Of a DNA stretch of 32,000 bases, positions 1 through 8,480 are shown in pieces; position 1 is the first letter of the stretch; each line of letters opens with the position of its first letter. Made by a program: the position numbers and the translations under genes. The stretch covers positions 180,001 through 212,000 of the forward strand of contig NC_008340.1 in the NCBI RefSeq assembly GCF_000014785.1. The letters are read 5' to 3'. Source of the stretch: Alkalilimnicola ehrlichii MLHE-1 (GTDB lineage: Bacteria; Pseudomonadota; Gammaproteobacteria; Nitrococcales; Halorhodospiraceae). Below the pieces are notes generated by a model. It worked only from the letters and a program-made list of their open reading frames with translations. It had not been told where the DNA came from and did no database searches.

Positions 1-1
1 T

Positions 2-262
2 GCTTACCTGCGCCGCCGGCGCGCCGGCAGCCCGGCGGCCTGGGCGGTGGCCCGCAGCTTCCGCCAGAGCGGGCGGGCGGTGACGGCCACCACCCTGGTG
101 TTGATCGCCCAGTTCCTGCTGGTGGCCCTGTCGGACTTCCAGCCCACCCAGAGCTTCGGCCTGCTCACGGCCTTCGGGCTGGCAGCGGCGCTGGTGTACG
201 ACCTGCTGGTGCTGCCGGCAGTGCTGGTGCTGCTGAGCCGGGTCCAACGGTTGAAAGAATGA
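2..262 (+). CDS. C-terminal fragment of an RND/MMPL-superfamily exporter (5' end outside window)
   Basis: Frame is open from base 2: AYLRRRRAGSPAAWAVARSFRQSGRAVTATTLVLIAQFLLVALSDFQPTQSFGLLTAFGLAAALVYDLLVLPAVLVLL. This matches the terminal transmembrane helices typical of MMPL/COG1033 permeases. The track's start at 47 is an internal GTG. Confidence 0.75.
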   Translation, partial: AYLRRRRAGSPAAWAVARSFRQSGRAVTATTLVLIAQFLLVALSDFQPTQSFGLLTAFGLAAALVYDLLVLPAVLVLLSRVQRLKE

Positions 263-274
263 AGCCAGTGGGGG

Positions 275-293
275 TTGTCGGCCGGCTTTACAG
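275..293 (+). promoter_or_regulatory. Candidate upstream activator site A (TTGTCGGCCGGCTTTACAG)
   Basis: Shares TGTCnnnCnGCTTTACAG with site B at 385-403, upstream of the sigma-54-like promoter. Confidence 0.35.
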
Positions 294-384
294 CGATGGG
301 TGATCGATAACCGACTGGTTTGTCGAGATTTTCCTGGGCCTCTGTGCTGCAGGCCCCGTTGCCCCCGGAATCTCCCCCGATTCG

Positions 385-403
385 CTGTCAATCCGCTTTA
401 CAG
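385..403 (+). promoter_or_regulatory. Candidate upstream activator site B (CTGTCAATCCGCTTTACAG), imperfect dyad CTGTnAAnCnGnTTnACAG
   Basis: 19 bp dyad read directly, about 125 bp upstream of the -24 element. This spacing is typical of sigma-54 enhancer sites. Confidence 0.45.
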
Positions 404-527
404 ACTCCGTGCTTTCTCCGTCAGGGATGCGCTGGGACAGACCTAATTCCGGGTGGCATCTCCAGGAAGGTCGTTTGTCGCCAATAAATTCAGTCACTTG
501 TGATGCGCTTCTGGATGATTGTTCATC

Positions 528-544
528 TTGGCATGGTGTCTGCT
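528..544 (+). promoter_or_regulatory. Sigma-54 (-24/-12) promoter for the PEP-CTERM gene
   Basis: TTGGCATG-GTGT-CTGCT compared with consensus YTGGCACG-N4-TTGCW, with exact GG-N10-GC spacing. About 89 bp upstream of the ATG. Confidence 0.75.
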
Positions 545-632
545 TCTAGTGAACGACAAGAGGTGGTTTGCCGGCCTTAGGGCCGAACCCGCGATGGGTT
601 CATCGCACTACATTGATCATCAGGAGAGGCTC

Positions 633-1610
633 ATGAACACAAAAAGACTCATGCTCGCTTCGCTTTGCGCGGGCACCTTCGCCTTCGGCGCGGGCGCTGC
701 ATCGGCGGCGGAGATCATCGACTTTGATATCGACCTGGATGCCACGGCGGATTTCAGCGGCGGGGTTAGCGATGTTCGGCGTATCCAGTTCGACTTGAAT
801 ACCCAGACCTTTCAATATGTGCAGGATCCGCTGAACCCCGTCCAAGTTGGGGATGTATTCTTCGACCGCGGTTATGGCGATGCCTCTGCGTACCGGACCT
901 CGGGCGGTGGTTCCGCCGTTCAAGAGCCCGGAGGAGACTTTTTGGGCATTACCTACTCCATGGGGCTGCTATGGGATGAGCTCCGCGGGGTGATTACCTC
1001 GGCGGGTGCCAATGCCGCCGGTGATTGGGTGGTGACCGCCGACTACACCTCGGTGGGTCCCAACAACTTCCAGTTGTTCGTCGCGGACCTCAACCCCGGG
1101 TATGGCCAGGACTATGACGGGGCCGCCGCCCACTTCTCGGGGGGCGAGCAGGTCATGGAGATGGCGTTGGTGCAGGGTGACAGTATCCTCGAATTCGAAG
1201 GCGGTCCGGCTGGGGATTTTGTCGAGGGGACATTCACCTTCGAGTTCCAGGTGATTGACGTGTTGCCGGGCTTCTGGTTCACCAGCGATGGCGAGGACTT
1301 CGCCGATCTGATCGAGGATGACGAGGGGGCGCCCACCTTCATCGTCAGCGCCTTCGCCAGCGCCGGTACTATCCAGGAGCCGCCGCCCGAGACCTTCTTC
1401 GGCGATGACGCTAATAGCGACGCGTTCGGCGACGAGCGGGAGGGCCAGACCCTGTTCAGCGAGACCCAGTCCACCCACGATGGCAGCCTGCGCTTCGCGG
1501 TGCCGGAGCCGGGTACCCTGGCGCTGATGGGCACCGCTCTGCTGATCCTCGGTGGCCTCCTGGGTGTGGGTGGCATCCGCCGCCGCACCGGGTCGGCACA
1601 AGCGGCCTGA
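633..1610 (+). CDS. PEP-CTERM sorting-domain exported protein
   Basis: N-terminal Sec signal MNTKRLMLASLCAGTFAFGAGAASAAE. C-terminal VPEPGTLALMGTALLILGGLLGVGGIRRRTGSA is a PEP motif, a hydrophobic helix and a basic tail. RBS AGGAGAGG precedes ATG 633, so the track start at 519 is too early. Confidence 0.93.
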   Translation: MNTKRLMLASLCAGTFAFGAGAASAAEIIDFDIDLDATADFSGGVSDVRRIQFDLNTQTFQYVQDPLNPVQVGDVFFDRGYGDASAYRTSGGGSAVQEPGGDFLGITYSMGLLWDELRGVITSAGANAAGDWVVTADYTSVGPNNFQLFVADLNPGYGQDYDGAAAHFSGGEQVMEMALVQGDSILEFEGGPAGDFVEGTFTFEFQVIDVLPGFWFTSDGEDFADLIEDDEGAPTFIVSAFASAGTIQEPPPETFFGDDANSDAFGDEREGQTLFSETQSTHDGSLRFAVPEPGTLALMGTALLILGGLLGVGGIRRRTGSAQAA

Positions 1611-1672
1611 AGCAACCGCTGTAGGGCGCTATAATAGCCCAGTAGTTACCCGGTAAGCGTAGTGACCGACCT

Positions 1673-1704
1673 GAAGGGCCCCTCCCGGGGCCCTTCGTTT
1701 TTTT
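1673..1704 (+). terminator. Rho-independent terminator after the PEP-CTERM gene
   Basis: GAAGGGCCCC-TCCC-GGGGCCCTTC (perfect 10 bp stem, 4 nt loop), then G and T7. Confidence 0.93.
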
Positions 1705-1836
1705 AGGTTACCTGTTCTTCTGTCGATGGCACCGGCTTGCCCTCACACCCGCCGCTCCGATGGCTCCGGATCCTCCGCTTCCTCCATTGCGAGCGCAGCC
1801 CCTGTCAGTCAGAGTAAGGGCTGAAGGCTTCCCCCG

Positions 1837-1916
1837 CCGTCATCGCGAGGGCCGAAGGCCCGTGGCGATCCAGGGCGGTAGACTGCCACGTCGGCTTCGC
1901 CTCCTCGCAGTGACGG
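1837..1916 (-). repeat. Interspersed palindromic-ended repeat, copy 1 (minus orientation)
   Basis: Reverse complement of CCGTCACTGCGAGGAGGCGAAGCCGACGTGGCAGTCTACCGCCCTGGATCGCCACGGGCCTTCGGCCCTCGCGATGACGG. Confidence 0.85.
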
Positions 1917-1947
1917 TGGGGGCGCTCGCAGTGACGTGCCGGGCCTC

Positions 1948-2038
1948 GTCATTGCGGAGAGCGAGCCCCCTCACCCCTGTCATTGCGAGGAGCGGGCCCC
2001 CTCACCCCTGTCATTGCGAGGAGCGGGCCCACTCCTCC
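1948..2038 (+). repeat. Tandem head fragments, 31 bp period, three units leading into copy 2
   Basis: GTCATTGCGAGGAGCGGGCCCCCTCACCCCT-type units start at 1948, 1979 and 2010; the next GTCATTGCGAG is at 2039. Confidence 0.85.
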
Positions 2039-2126
2039 GTCATTGCGAGGAGCGAAGCGACGAAGCAATCCATTTCCCGCGGGTTGCCATGTCGTAAAGA
2101 TGGCCTCGCTACGCTCGCAATGACGG
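2037..2126 (+). repeat. Interspersed repeat copy 2 (variant core GAAGCAATCC)
   Basis: Inverted termini CCGTCATTGCGAG ... CTCGCAATGACGG enclose a core different from the GGCAGTCTACCGC subtype. Confidence 0.85.
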
Positions 2127-2159
2127 ACGGGGAGCGACGGAGGGCGATTGCCCCCCCGC

Positions 2160-5027
2160 TCAGCGCCGGATGTCCTCCAGCAGTTGCTCCGCATCATCCC
2201 GTTCCGGGAAATCGGGCTCGGCCTCAAGGAGCCGGTTCAGGCGCCGGGTTGCCGCCTCGGTATCGCCGGCCTCGCGCTCGGCCCAGGCCAGGTGGTACTG
2301 GATGGTGGGCGACTCGGGGGCCAGTTCGCCGGCCCGGGTCAGGGTCTCCAGGGCCTCCGCGGGCTGGCCTGCGTGGATCAGCACCACGCCGAGGGTGTCA
2401 TGGATCTGGGCCGATTCCGGTACCAGTTCCACGGCCCGGCGGGCGTAGTCCAGTGCGCGCTCGGTGTCGCGGTCGCGCAGGAGCCAGGCGGCGTTGTTGA
2501 GGGCCAGGGCGTCGTCATTGTCCTGCGCCAGGATGCGCTCATAGGCCTGCAAGGCCTCCGCCGTGTCGCCCAAGGCGAGCTGACGGCTGGCGTACAGGTG
2601 CCAGGTGCCCCGGTCCTCCGGGTGGGCCTCCAGCCAGCGTCCCAGAGTGGCCAGGGCCTCCCCGGGGCGGTCGGCGGCGACCTGGGCCTCCGCCAGGGCG
2701 TGGACCCAGGGGCGTGGCTGCGGGTCGGCGTCGGCCAGTGCCTGCTGGTAGTGCTCAATGGCCGGCTCCAGCCGGTCGTCTGCCAGTGCCGCTTGGCCGA
2801 GCAACGCCTGAACCTCCGGGCGGTCGCCGTAGCGCTCTTGCAGCTCATCCAGGTGGGGGCGGGCATCGGCCAGCCGGCCCTGGTTGACCAGGCCCCGGGT
2901 CAGTGCCATCCGCCCCTCGTAGTGGCTGGGCTGTTGTTCCAGCAGGGCCTCCAGGGTGGCCTCGGCCCCTTCGTTGTCGTCCGCCCGGGCCTGCGCCCGC
3001 GCCAGGGCCAACTGCAGGCCGGTGTTATCGGGGGCGCGCTCGACCGCCGATTGGAGGCTCACGACGGCCTCGTCGGTCTGATTCAGGCTCATCTGCACAT
3101 CGGCCAGCGCGTAAAGCAACTCCGGGTTGTCACCGTGGTGTTCGCGGGCACCCAGCAGGGTCTGCAATGCCGCCTCCCGGCGGCCCTCGTCCTCCTGGAT
3201 GCGGGCCAGCATCAGGTGGGGGGGCAGGCTCTCCGGCTGCGCATCGATGGCCCGCTGCAGCCACTTCGCGGCGCCCTGGGTGTCCTGATCCTGCAGGCTG
3301 AGCATGGCCAGGCGCTGGGCGGAGCGGGCGTGTCCCGGGTGTGCTTCCTGAATACCTTCGAGCACCTGACGGCCGGCCTCGCGGTCGCCCGTCTGCAACT
3401 CCAGGTTCGCCAGGTTCATGGCCACGGAGAGGTTGTCGGGCTCCAACTCGAGGCCCTTCTTGAAGGCCTCACGCGCCTCCTCGACCCGGCCCAGCCCCAT
3501 CAGCGCCGCGCCGGCGAGGCTGTGCGGACTCGCGGCGTCGGGTTGCCGTGCCTGCAGCAGCTCGGCCCGCTCCAGGGCCTCCTCGTACCGGCCGGTCTGG
3601 AGCAGGAAGAGCACCATGGTGGCGTCAAGCTGCTGAGAGGTCACATCCTGGGTGCCCGCGGCGCGCAGGGTGTCGAGCCCGGCCTCGGTCTCGCCGCTGC
3701 GCAGCAGGGCCACGGCCAGCAGCTCCTGCAGCCCGGTCTCGTCCGGGCGGGCGGCCACGGCGTTGCGCAGGGCCTGCACGCTGCGCTCCGGGTCGCCGGA
3801 GAGCATCATCAGGCGGCCCCGCAGCTCGTGCAGGTCGGCGGCATCACCGGGATAGTCCAGGCTGGCGCGGTTCAGGAACTGCAGGGCGTCGTCAAAGCGC
3901 TCCTGCTCGGCGTAGAGCGCCATGAGGGTGCGAATCCCCTGAAGCGAGCCCGGGCTCTCCTGTACATGGCGGTTGAGGAAGTGCTCCGCCTGCTCGTCGC
4001 TGCCCAGCCGGCGGAGGGTCTGGCCCAGGGCCAGCAGCGCCGCGCTGTAGCTGCGATCCATGGCCAAGGCTTCCTCGAAGCTGCGCCGGGCGTCGCCGTA
4101 GTTCTCGTTCTGGAGCGCCAGCATGCCCTCCAGGTAGGGGATGGCCGGGTGCGCGGAGCCCCCCTGGCGGAGGCCCTCAATGTCCGCCCGGGTGCCTTCG
4201 CGGTCACCCAGGTCCAGGCGCACCATGGCCCGCCGCAGGTGATCGCGGCCGGGGGCCGCCCGGTGTTCGATGGCCCGACCGTATGCCGCCTCGGCGCTCT
4301 CGTTATCGCCCATGATGCGGTGGTATCGGGCCAGCAGGCTCCAGGCCTGGCCCAGCTCCGGATCGGCATCCAGCGCCTGGTCCAGCCAGTGCTCGGCCTG
4401 TTCATGGTCGCCGGCCGCCAGTGCCAGGTGGGCCTCGGCCAGCGCGCTCAGCGCGGCGGCCGATTCATGCCCGTCCACGGCGGTCAGCTCTGACTGTGCC
4501 GGCTCGGTCCGGCCGATGGCGGCGAAGGCAACCGCCCGCAGCGCGTGGAGTCGGGCATTGGATGCTCGGTCCAGCCCCGGGGGCACGCCCATGGCCCGGA
4601 TCTCGTCCAGCCGGTCCAGCTCGAACAGCGCCTCTGCCAGCGGCAGGGCGATCTCCGCCTCGTCGGCCCCCTCCTCCAGGGCGCGGCGCAATTGCCGGCG
4701 GGCCTCGTCCACATTCCCCAACGCCAGGTAGGTGAGCCCCAGGTCCCGCCGGGTGTCCGCCGCATGGGGGTTCAACTGCAGGGCATTACGAAACTCGACC
4801 CGTGCAGCTGCATAGTCCCCCTGCTCCATCCGGGACTGGGCCCGTTCCAGGTAGTCCTCCTCCGTGCTGGCGCCCATGTTGTCGCAGGCAGTGAGGCCGC
4901 CGCCGAGGGTGATACAGAAGGCCAGGACGCCCAGGCGCCGCCGCCAGCCGGCGCCATGCATGCGCTCGGCGTGATTGATGGGGCGGAGCGCACGGGTGAT
5001 ACGGGAGCGTTGCGGGCGTTTCTTCAT
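2160..5027 (-). CDS. prsT: PEP-CTERM system TPR-repeat lipoprotein PrsT
   Basis: 955 aa, many TPR units (e.g. YLERAQSRMEQGDYAAARVEFRNALQLNPHAADTRRDLGLTYLALGNVDEARRQLRRAL), lipobox LTAC near the N-terminus, immediately downstream of prsR. An internal start at MHGAGWRRR (4961) is possible. Confidence 0.88.
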   Translation of the reverse strand: MKKRPQRSRITRALRPINHAERMHGAGWRRRLGVLAFCITLGGGLTACDNMGASTEEDYLERAQSRMEQGDYAAARVEFRNALQLNPHAADTRRDLGLTYLALGNVDEARRQLRRALEEGADEAEIALPLAEALFELDRLDEIRAMGVPPGLDRASNARLHALRAVAFAAIGRTEPAQSELTAVDGHESAAALSALAEAHLALAAGDHEQAEHWLDQALDADPELGQAWSLLARYHRIMGDNESAEAAYGRAIEHRAAPGRDHLRRAMVRLDLGDREGTRADIEGLRQGGSAHPAIPYLEGMLALQNENYGDARRSFEEALAMDRSYSAALLALGQTLRRLGSDEQAEHFLNRHVQESPGSLQGIRTLMALYAEQERFDDALQFLNRASLDYPGDAADLHELRGRLMMLSGDPERSVQALRNAVAARPDETGLQELLAVALLRSGETEAGLDTLRAAGTQDVTSQQLDATMVLFLLQTGRYEEALERAELLQARQPDAASPHSLAGAALMGLGRVEEAREAFKKGLELEPDNLSVAMNLANLELQTGDREAGRQVLEGIQEAHPGHARSAQRLAMLSLQDQDTQGAAKWLQRAIDAQPESLPPHLMLARIQEDEGRREAALQTLLGAREHHGDNPELLYALADVQMSLNQTDEAVVSLQSAVERAPDNTGLQLALARAQARADDNEGAEATLEALLEQQPSHYEGRMALTRGLVNQGRLADARPHLDELQERYGDRPEVQALLGQAALADDRLEPAIEHYQQALADADPQPRPWVHALAEAQVAADRPGEALATLGRWLEAHPEDRGTWHLYASRQLALGDTAEALQAYERILAQDNDDALALNNAAWLLRDRDTERALDYARRAVELVPESAQIHDTLGVVLIHAGQPAEALETLTRAGELAPESPTIQYHLAWAEREAGDTEAATRRLNRLLEAEPDFPERDDAEQLLEDIRR

Positions 5028-5035
5028 GATGAGCG

Positions 5036-6382
5036 TTACCTGAGTTCAAACTTGTCGAGTAGGCTGTACAGCGTCGGCCGGGTGATGCCCAGCAGGTCTG
5101 CCGCCTGGGCAATGTTGCCGTTGACGCGGCCCATGGCGGTGACCACGGCGTCGTATTCGGCCTGGTCCCGTGCCTCGCGCAGCAGGCGGGGTTTTTCCGG
5201 TTCCTCAGAAGAGGATAGGCCGAGATCCTCGGCGGTGATCCGTGGCCCGTCGGCCATGATGACCGCCCGTCGGATGACGTTTTCCAGTTCGCGGACATTG
5301 CCTGGCCAGGTATAGCCCTGGATGGCGTCGATGGCGCCGCTGGTGAAGCCCTTGCGCGGCTTGCGCTGCTCGCGGGCGAAGCGCTCGAGAAAGGCGTGCG
5401 CCAGCAGGCTGGGGTCGCCCTTGCGCTGGTGCAGGGGCGGGATGTCGATGCTGATCTCGCTGATCCGGTAGTAGAGGTCCTCGCGGAAATCACCGGTCTT
5501 GATCAGCCGGGCCAGATCCTGGTTGGTGGCTCCCACCACGCGGATATCCACCGGGATCTCGCGCCGGCCGCCCAGCCGTTCCACGGTGCGCTCCTGCAGG
5601 AAGCGTAGCAGCTTGGCCTGAAGGCTCAGTGGCAGGTCGCCGATTTCGTCCAGGAACAGTGTGCCCTGGTCGGCGTGCTCGATCTTGCCGATGGTCTGCC
5701 GGGTGGCGCCGGTGAAGGCGCCCTTTTCATACCCGAACAGCTCGCTCTCCAGCAGGTTCTCGGGGATGGCGGCGCAGTTGATGGCGACGAACCGCTTGCC
5801 GGCCCGGTTACTGAGGTCGTGGACGGCCCGGGCCAGCACCTCCTTGCCGGTGCCGCTGTCGCCAAGCAGCAGCACGGTGGCGTCGGAGGGCGCCACCCGC
5901 TCGACCATGCGGCAGACCCGCAGCATCCCCGGGTCAGTGGTGATTACCCCGGCCAGGGGCGACTCGCCGCCGCGGGCCAGCCGCCGGTTCTCCTCCTCCA
6001 GCTCGTAGAGTCGGGCGGCCCGATCCACAATCAGGCGCAGCATGTCGGCGTCCACTGGCTTGATGTAAAAGTCGTAGGCGCCCAGCGCCACCGCCTGCAG
6101 GGCGTTGGCGCGATCATCGTTGCCGGTGACCACAATGACCTTGGTCTCCGGCGCCACGGAGAGGATCTCCTCCAGCACGGCCAGCCCCTCGGAGGCATTG
6201 GCCGGGTCCGGCGGCAGGCCCAGGTCGAGGGTGACCAACTGCGGTGCGTGACGGCGCACCTGGGCCATGGCGCTGGCACGGTCGGCGGCCAGCAGGACGT
6301 CATAGCCCTCGAAGCACCAGCGCAGTTGGCTTTGCAGTCCCTGGTCGTCCTCGACGATGAGTAGTTTAAGCGCCTCGGCCAC
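5036..6382 (-). CDS. prsR: PEP-CTERM-box response regulator PrsR (receiver, sigma-54 AAA+ activator, Fis HTH)
   Basis: Receiver LLIVEDDQGLQ...VTGNDD; sigma-54 interaction motif GAFTGA; LFLDEIGDL; C-terminal Fis-like HTH GNIAQAADLLGITRPTLYSLLDKF. Confidence 0.93.
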   Translation of the reverse strand: MAEALKLLIVEDDQGLQSQLRWCFEGYDVLLAADRASAMAQVRRHAPQLVTLDLGLPPDPANASEGLAVLEEILSVAPETKVIVVTGNDDRANALQAVALGAYDFYIKPVDADMLRLIVDRAARLYELEEENRRLARGGESPLAGVITTDPGMLRVCRMVERVAPSDATVLLLGDSGTGKEVLARAVHDLSNRAGKRFVAINCAAIPENLLESELFGYEKGAFTGATRQTIGKIEHADQGTLFLDEIGDLPLSLQAKLLRFLQERTVERLGGRREIPVDIRVVGATNQDLARLIKTGDFREDLYYRISEISIDIPPLHQRKGDPSLLAHAFLERFAREQRKPRKGFTSGAIDAIQGYTWPGNVRELENVIRRAVIMADGPRITAEDLGLSSSEEPEKPRLLREARDQAEYDAVVTAMGRVNGNIAQAADLLGITRPTLYSLLDKFELR

Positions 6383-6406
6383 TGATTCCTCCTCTGATGA
6401 CGGGCG

Positions 6407-8461
6407 TCAAGATGCCTGCACCGCTGCCGCGCCGCTGGCCCGGGCGGGCAGTTTCACAGTGAAGGTGGTGCCCTGCTCGGGTTTGCTGGCGACCTCCAGC
6501 CGGCCGCCCATGCGGACAATGTGTTCGCGGGCCTCGTACACGCCGATGCCCATGCCGGCATTGCCCTTGGTGGTCTGGAACGGGCGGAACAGGCGGCGCT
6601 GCATGAAGTCCTCGGCCATGCCGCAGCCGTTGTCCGCCACCTCAATAATGGCCCATGGCCCGTCTTTGTACAGGGTTAAGCGGACCCAGCCCTCGTCCGG
6701 GGTGGCCTCCTGGGCATTGCGGACCAAGTGCAGCAGGACATTCAGCAGGCCCTCGTGGTCGCCCAGCACCTCGCTGTCCGCCTTGATACGCAGTTCCGGT
6801 GCCGGTCGCAGGTCCTGGCTGTGGGTCATCACCTCGTCGAGCAACGCCCGCAGGCTGAGTGGGTGCAGGGGGGCGTCCGCACGCGGCTGGGCCTTGCGCA
6901 ACTGGGCCTGGGTGCGGTCCAGCCGGTCGCGGGCATTGGCGATGGTGCGGAAGGCGTCCGCCACGAACTCGGGGTTGTCCTTGTGGCGTTCGGCGTTGGA
7001 GCAGACCAGGGAGAGCTGCGCCGAGACGTTCTTCAGGTCGTGGACCAGGAAGGCCGCCAGACGGTGGAAGGTCTCGAACTGGCGGGCCTCCAGCAGCGCC
7101 TCGTTGGCCTGTACCAGGGCGACGTAGACGGCGAGCTGGCGGCCCGCGGTCTTGAGCAGGTCGCGGTCCTCCCAGTCGATCCCGCGTGGCGCCCGCGGCT
7201 GAGAGAGCACCACAAAGCCCACCAGCTCGTCGTCCTTGAGCAGGGGGATGACCAGCCAGTGGCGGGGGTTGTCCACCAGCCACCCCGGCAGCGCCACGCC
7301 CTGGTAGCGGCCGGTCTCGTTGCGGTACTCATCCAGGTCGATCACCCAGCCGCTGCGGACCAGGAAGGCGACCAGCTCGCCCTCCGGCTCCTCGGGGGGG
7401 TGGTCCGGGGCCCCCAGATTAAGCACCCCGTCCAGGGTGTAGGCGCCATCGTCCCCACGTGCCCAGAGCAGGCCCCCGGGGCTGTCCACCATCTCCGCGA
7501 TGGCAAGGACGGCGCGCTGCCGGAAAGGCATGTCCACGTCCTCCGTGGACAGGGTGCCTGTGAAGCGCAGCCACTCCTGGCGGTAGTCGTACTTATAGCT
7601 GAAGAAATGCTTGGTCAGCAGCACCTTGAGGCGCGCGCGGAAGCTGCCGGAGAAGAGCACCAGCGCCAGCAACAGCCCTGCACCGAACAGGAACACCACC
7701 TGCAGCGCGGCCCCCAGCTCGCCGCCGAAGTGGCGCAGGTAGTAGCCGGCACTGGCCACCGCCAGCAGGTAGAGTCCGGCCCCCACCAGGGTGGCGGTGT
7801 GGAAGAGCAGGTGGCGGGAGACGGTGGGCCCCTCCTGGCGCGGCAGGGCGCGGGCCATGGACAGGGCCAGCAGCGGCACCACCAGGGCGTTGGCCAGGCC
7901 GCGGGCCTGCCAGGAGGGGCTGTTCAGGGTGCCGAACAGGGCCAGGTCAGCGAACAGGAAGAGGTCGAAGGCGAACAGACCGCCCAGCCCCAGGCAGAGC
8001 GGCTTGATCTCCCAACGGCGTTGGGGCGGGGTGTTGCGGTAGGTCTGCTCGACCAGCACCAGGCCGCCGATGGCCAGCGCCAGCATGGCGACCGCCTGCC
8101 AGGCCTCCAGCCCCGGCCAGGCCACCGGGACGAGGAGCAGCAGCAGGAAGCCGGCCACCACCGCCACCCAGCGCCGGAAGGCGGCCGGCAGGGCGTGCCG
8201 GGTACCGGCGTTGCTGGCCAGCAGGGTGAGCAGCACCACGAACCAGGCGCCGTTGCGCGCCAGCTCGAGGACACCCGCGGAGAGTAGGGCTTGACCGCCG
8301 TGGGTGTGGGCCAACACGGTGAGGTAGCCGGCCCACAAGGCCGAGGCCAGTGAGGCGCCGGCCACCCATAGCGCGGAGGTTCGGTCCCGCCAGCGCAGCA
8401 GGATGGTGGCCGCCAGGCCGAGGAATGCCAGGGTGGCGATCAGGTAGCTTGCCGCGGCCAT
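6407..8461 (-). CDS. prsK: XrtA/PEP-CTERM system histidine kinase PrsK
   Basis: Multi-TM N-terminus, GAF-like region, H-box FLVHDLKNVSAQLSLV, N-box HLVRNAQEATP, G-box VADNGCGM; directly upstream of prsR. Confidence 0.92.
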   Translation of the reverse strand: MAAASYLIATLAFLGLAATILLRWRDRTSALWVAGASLASALWAGYLTVLAHTHGGQALLSAGVLELARNGAWFVVLLTLLASNAGTRHALPAAFRRWVAVVAGFLLLLLVPVAWPGLEAWQAVAMLALAIGGLVLVEQTYRNTPPQRRWEIKPLCLGLGGLFAFDLFLFADLALFGTLNSPSWQARGLANALVVPLLALSMARALPRQEGPTVSRHLLFHTATLVGAGLYLLAVASAGYYLRHFGGELGAALQVVFLFGAGLLLALVLFSGSFRARLKVLLTKHFFSYKYDYRQEWLRFTGTLSTEDVDMPFRQRAVLAIAEMVDSPGGLLWARGDDGAYTLDGVLNLGAPDHPPEEPEGELVAFLVRSGWVIDLDEYRNETGRYQGVALPGWLVDNPRHWLVIPLLKDDELVGFVVLSQPRAPRGIDWEDRDLLKTAGRQLAVYVALVQANEALLEARQFETFHRLAAFLVHDLKNVSAQLSLVCSNAERHKDNPEFVADAFRTIANARDRLDRTQAQLRKAQPRADAPLHPLSLRALLDEVMTHSQDLRPAPELRIKADSEVLGDHEGLLNVLLHLVRNAQEATPDEGWVRLTLYKDGPWAIIEVADNGCGMAEDFMQRRLFRPFQTTKGNAGMGIGVYEAREHIVRMGGRLEVASKPEQGTTFTVKLPARASGAAAVQAS

Positions 8462-8480
8462 CTCAGTTTACCCGGGGCAC

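Noticed and set aside
1760-2500. 246 aa plus-strand ORF
   Set aside because: It spans the repeat cluster and the antisense end of prsT, with no independent coding support.
2148-4493. 781 aa plus-strand ORF opposite prsT
   Set aside because: It is Gln/Leu/Gly-rich low-complexity translation antisense to a clear TPR protein, a common high-GC shadow ORF.
6728-8287. Plus-strand 519 aa ORF opposite prsK
   Set aside because: No recognisable domain, and the composition mirrors the antisense frame of a clear histidine kinase.
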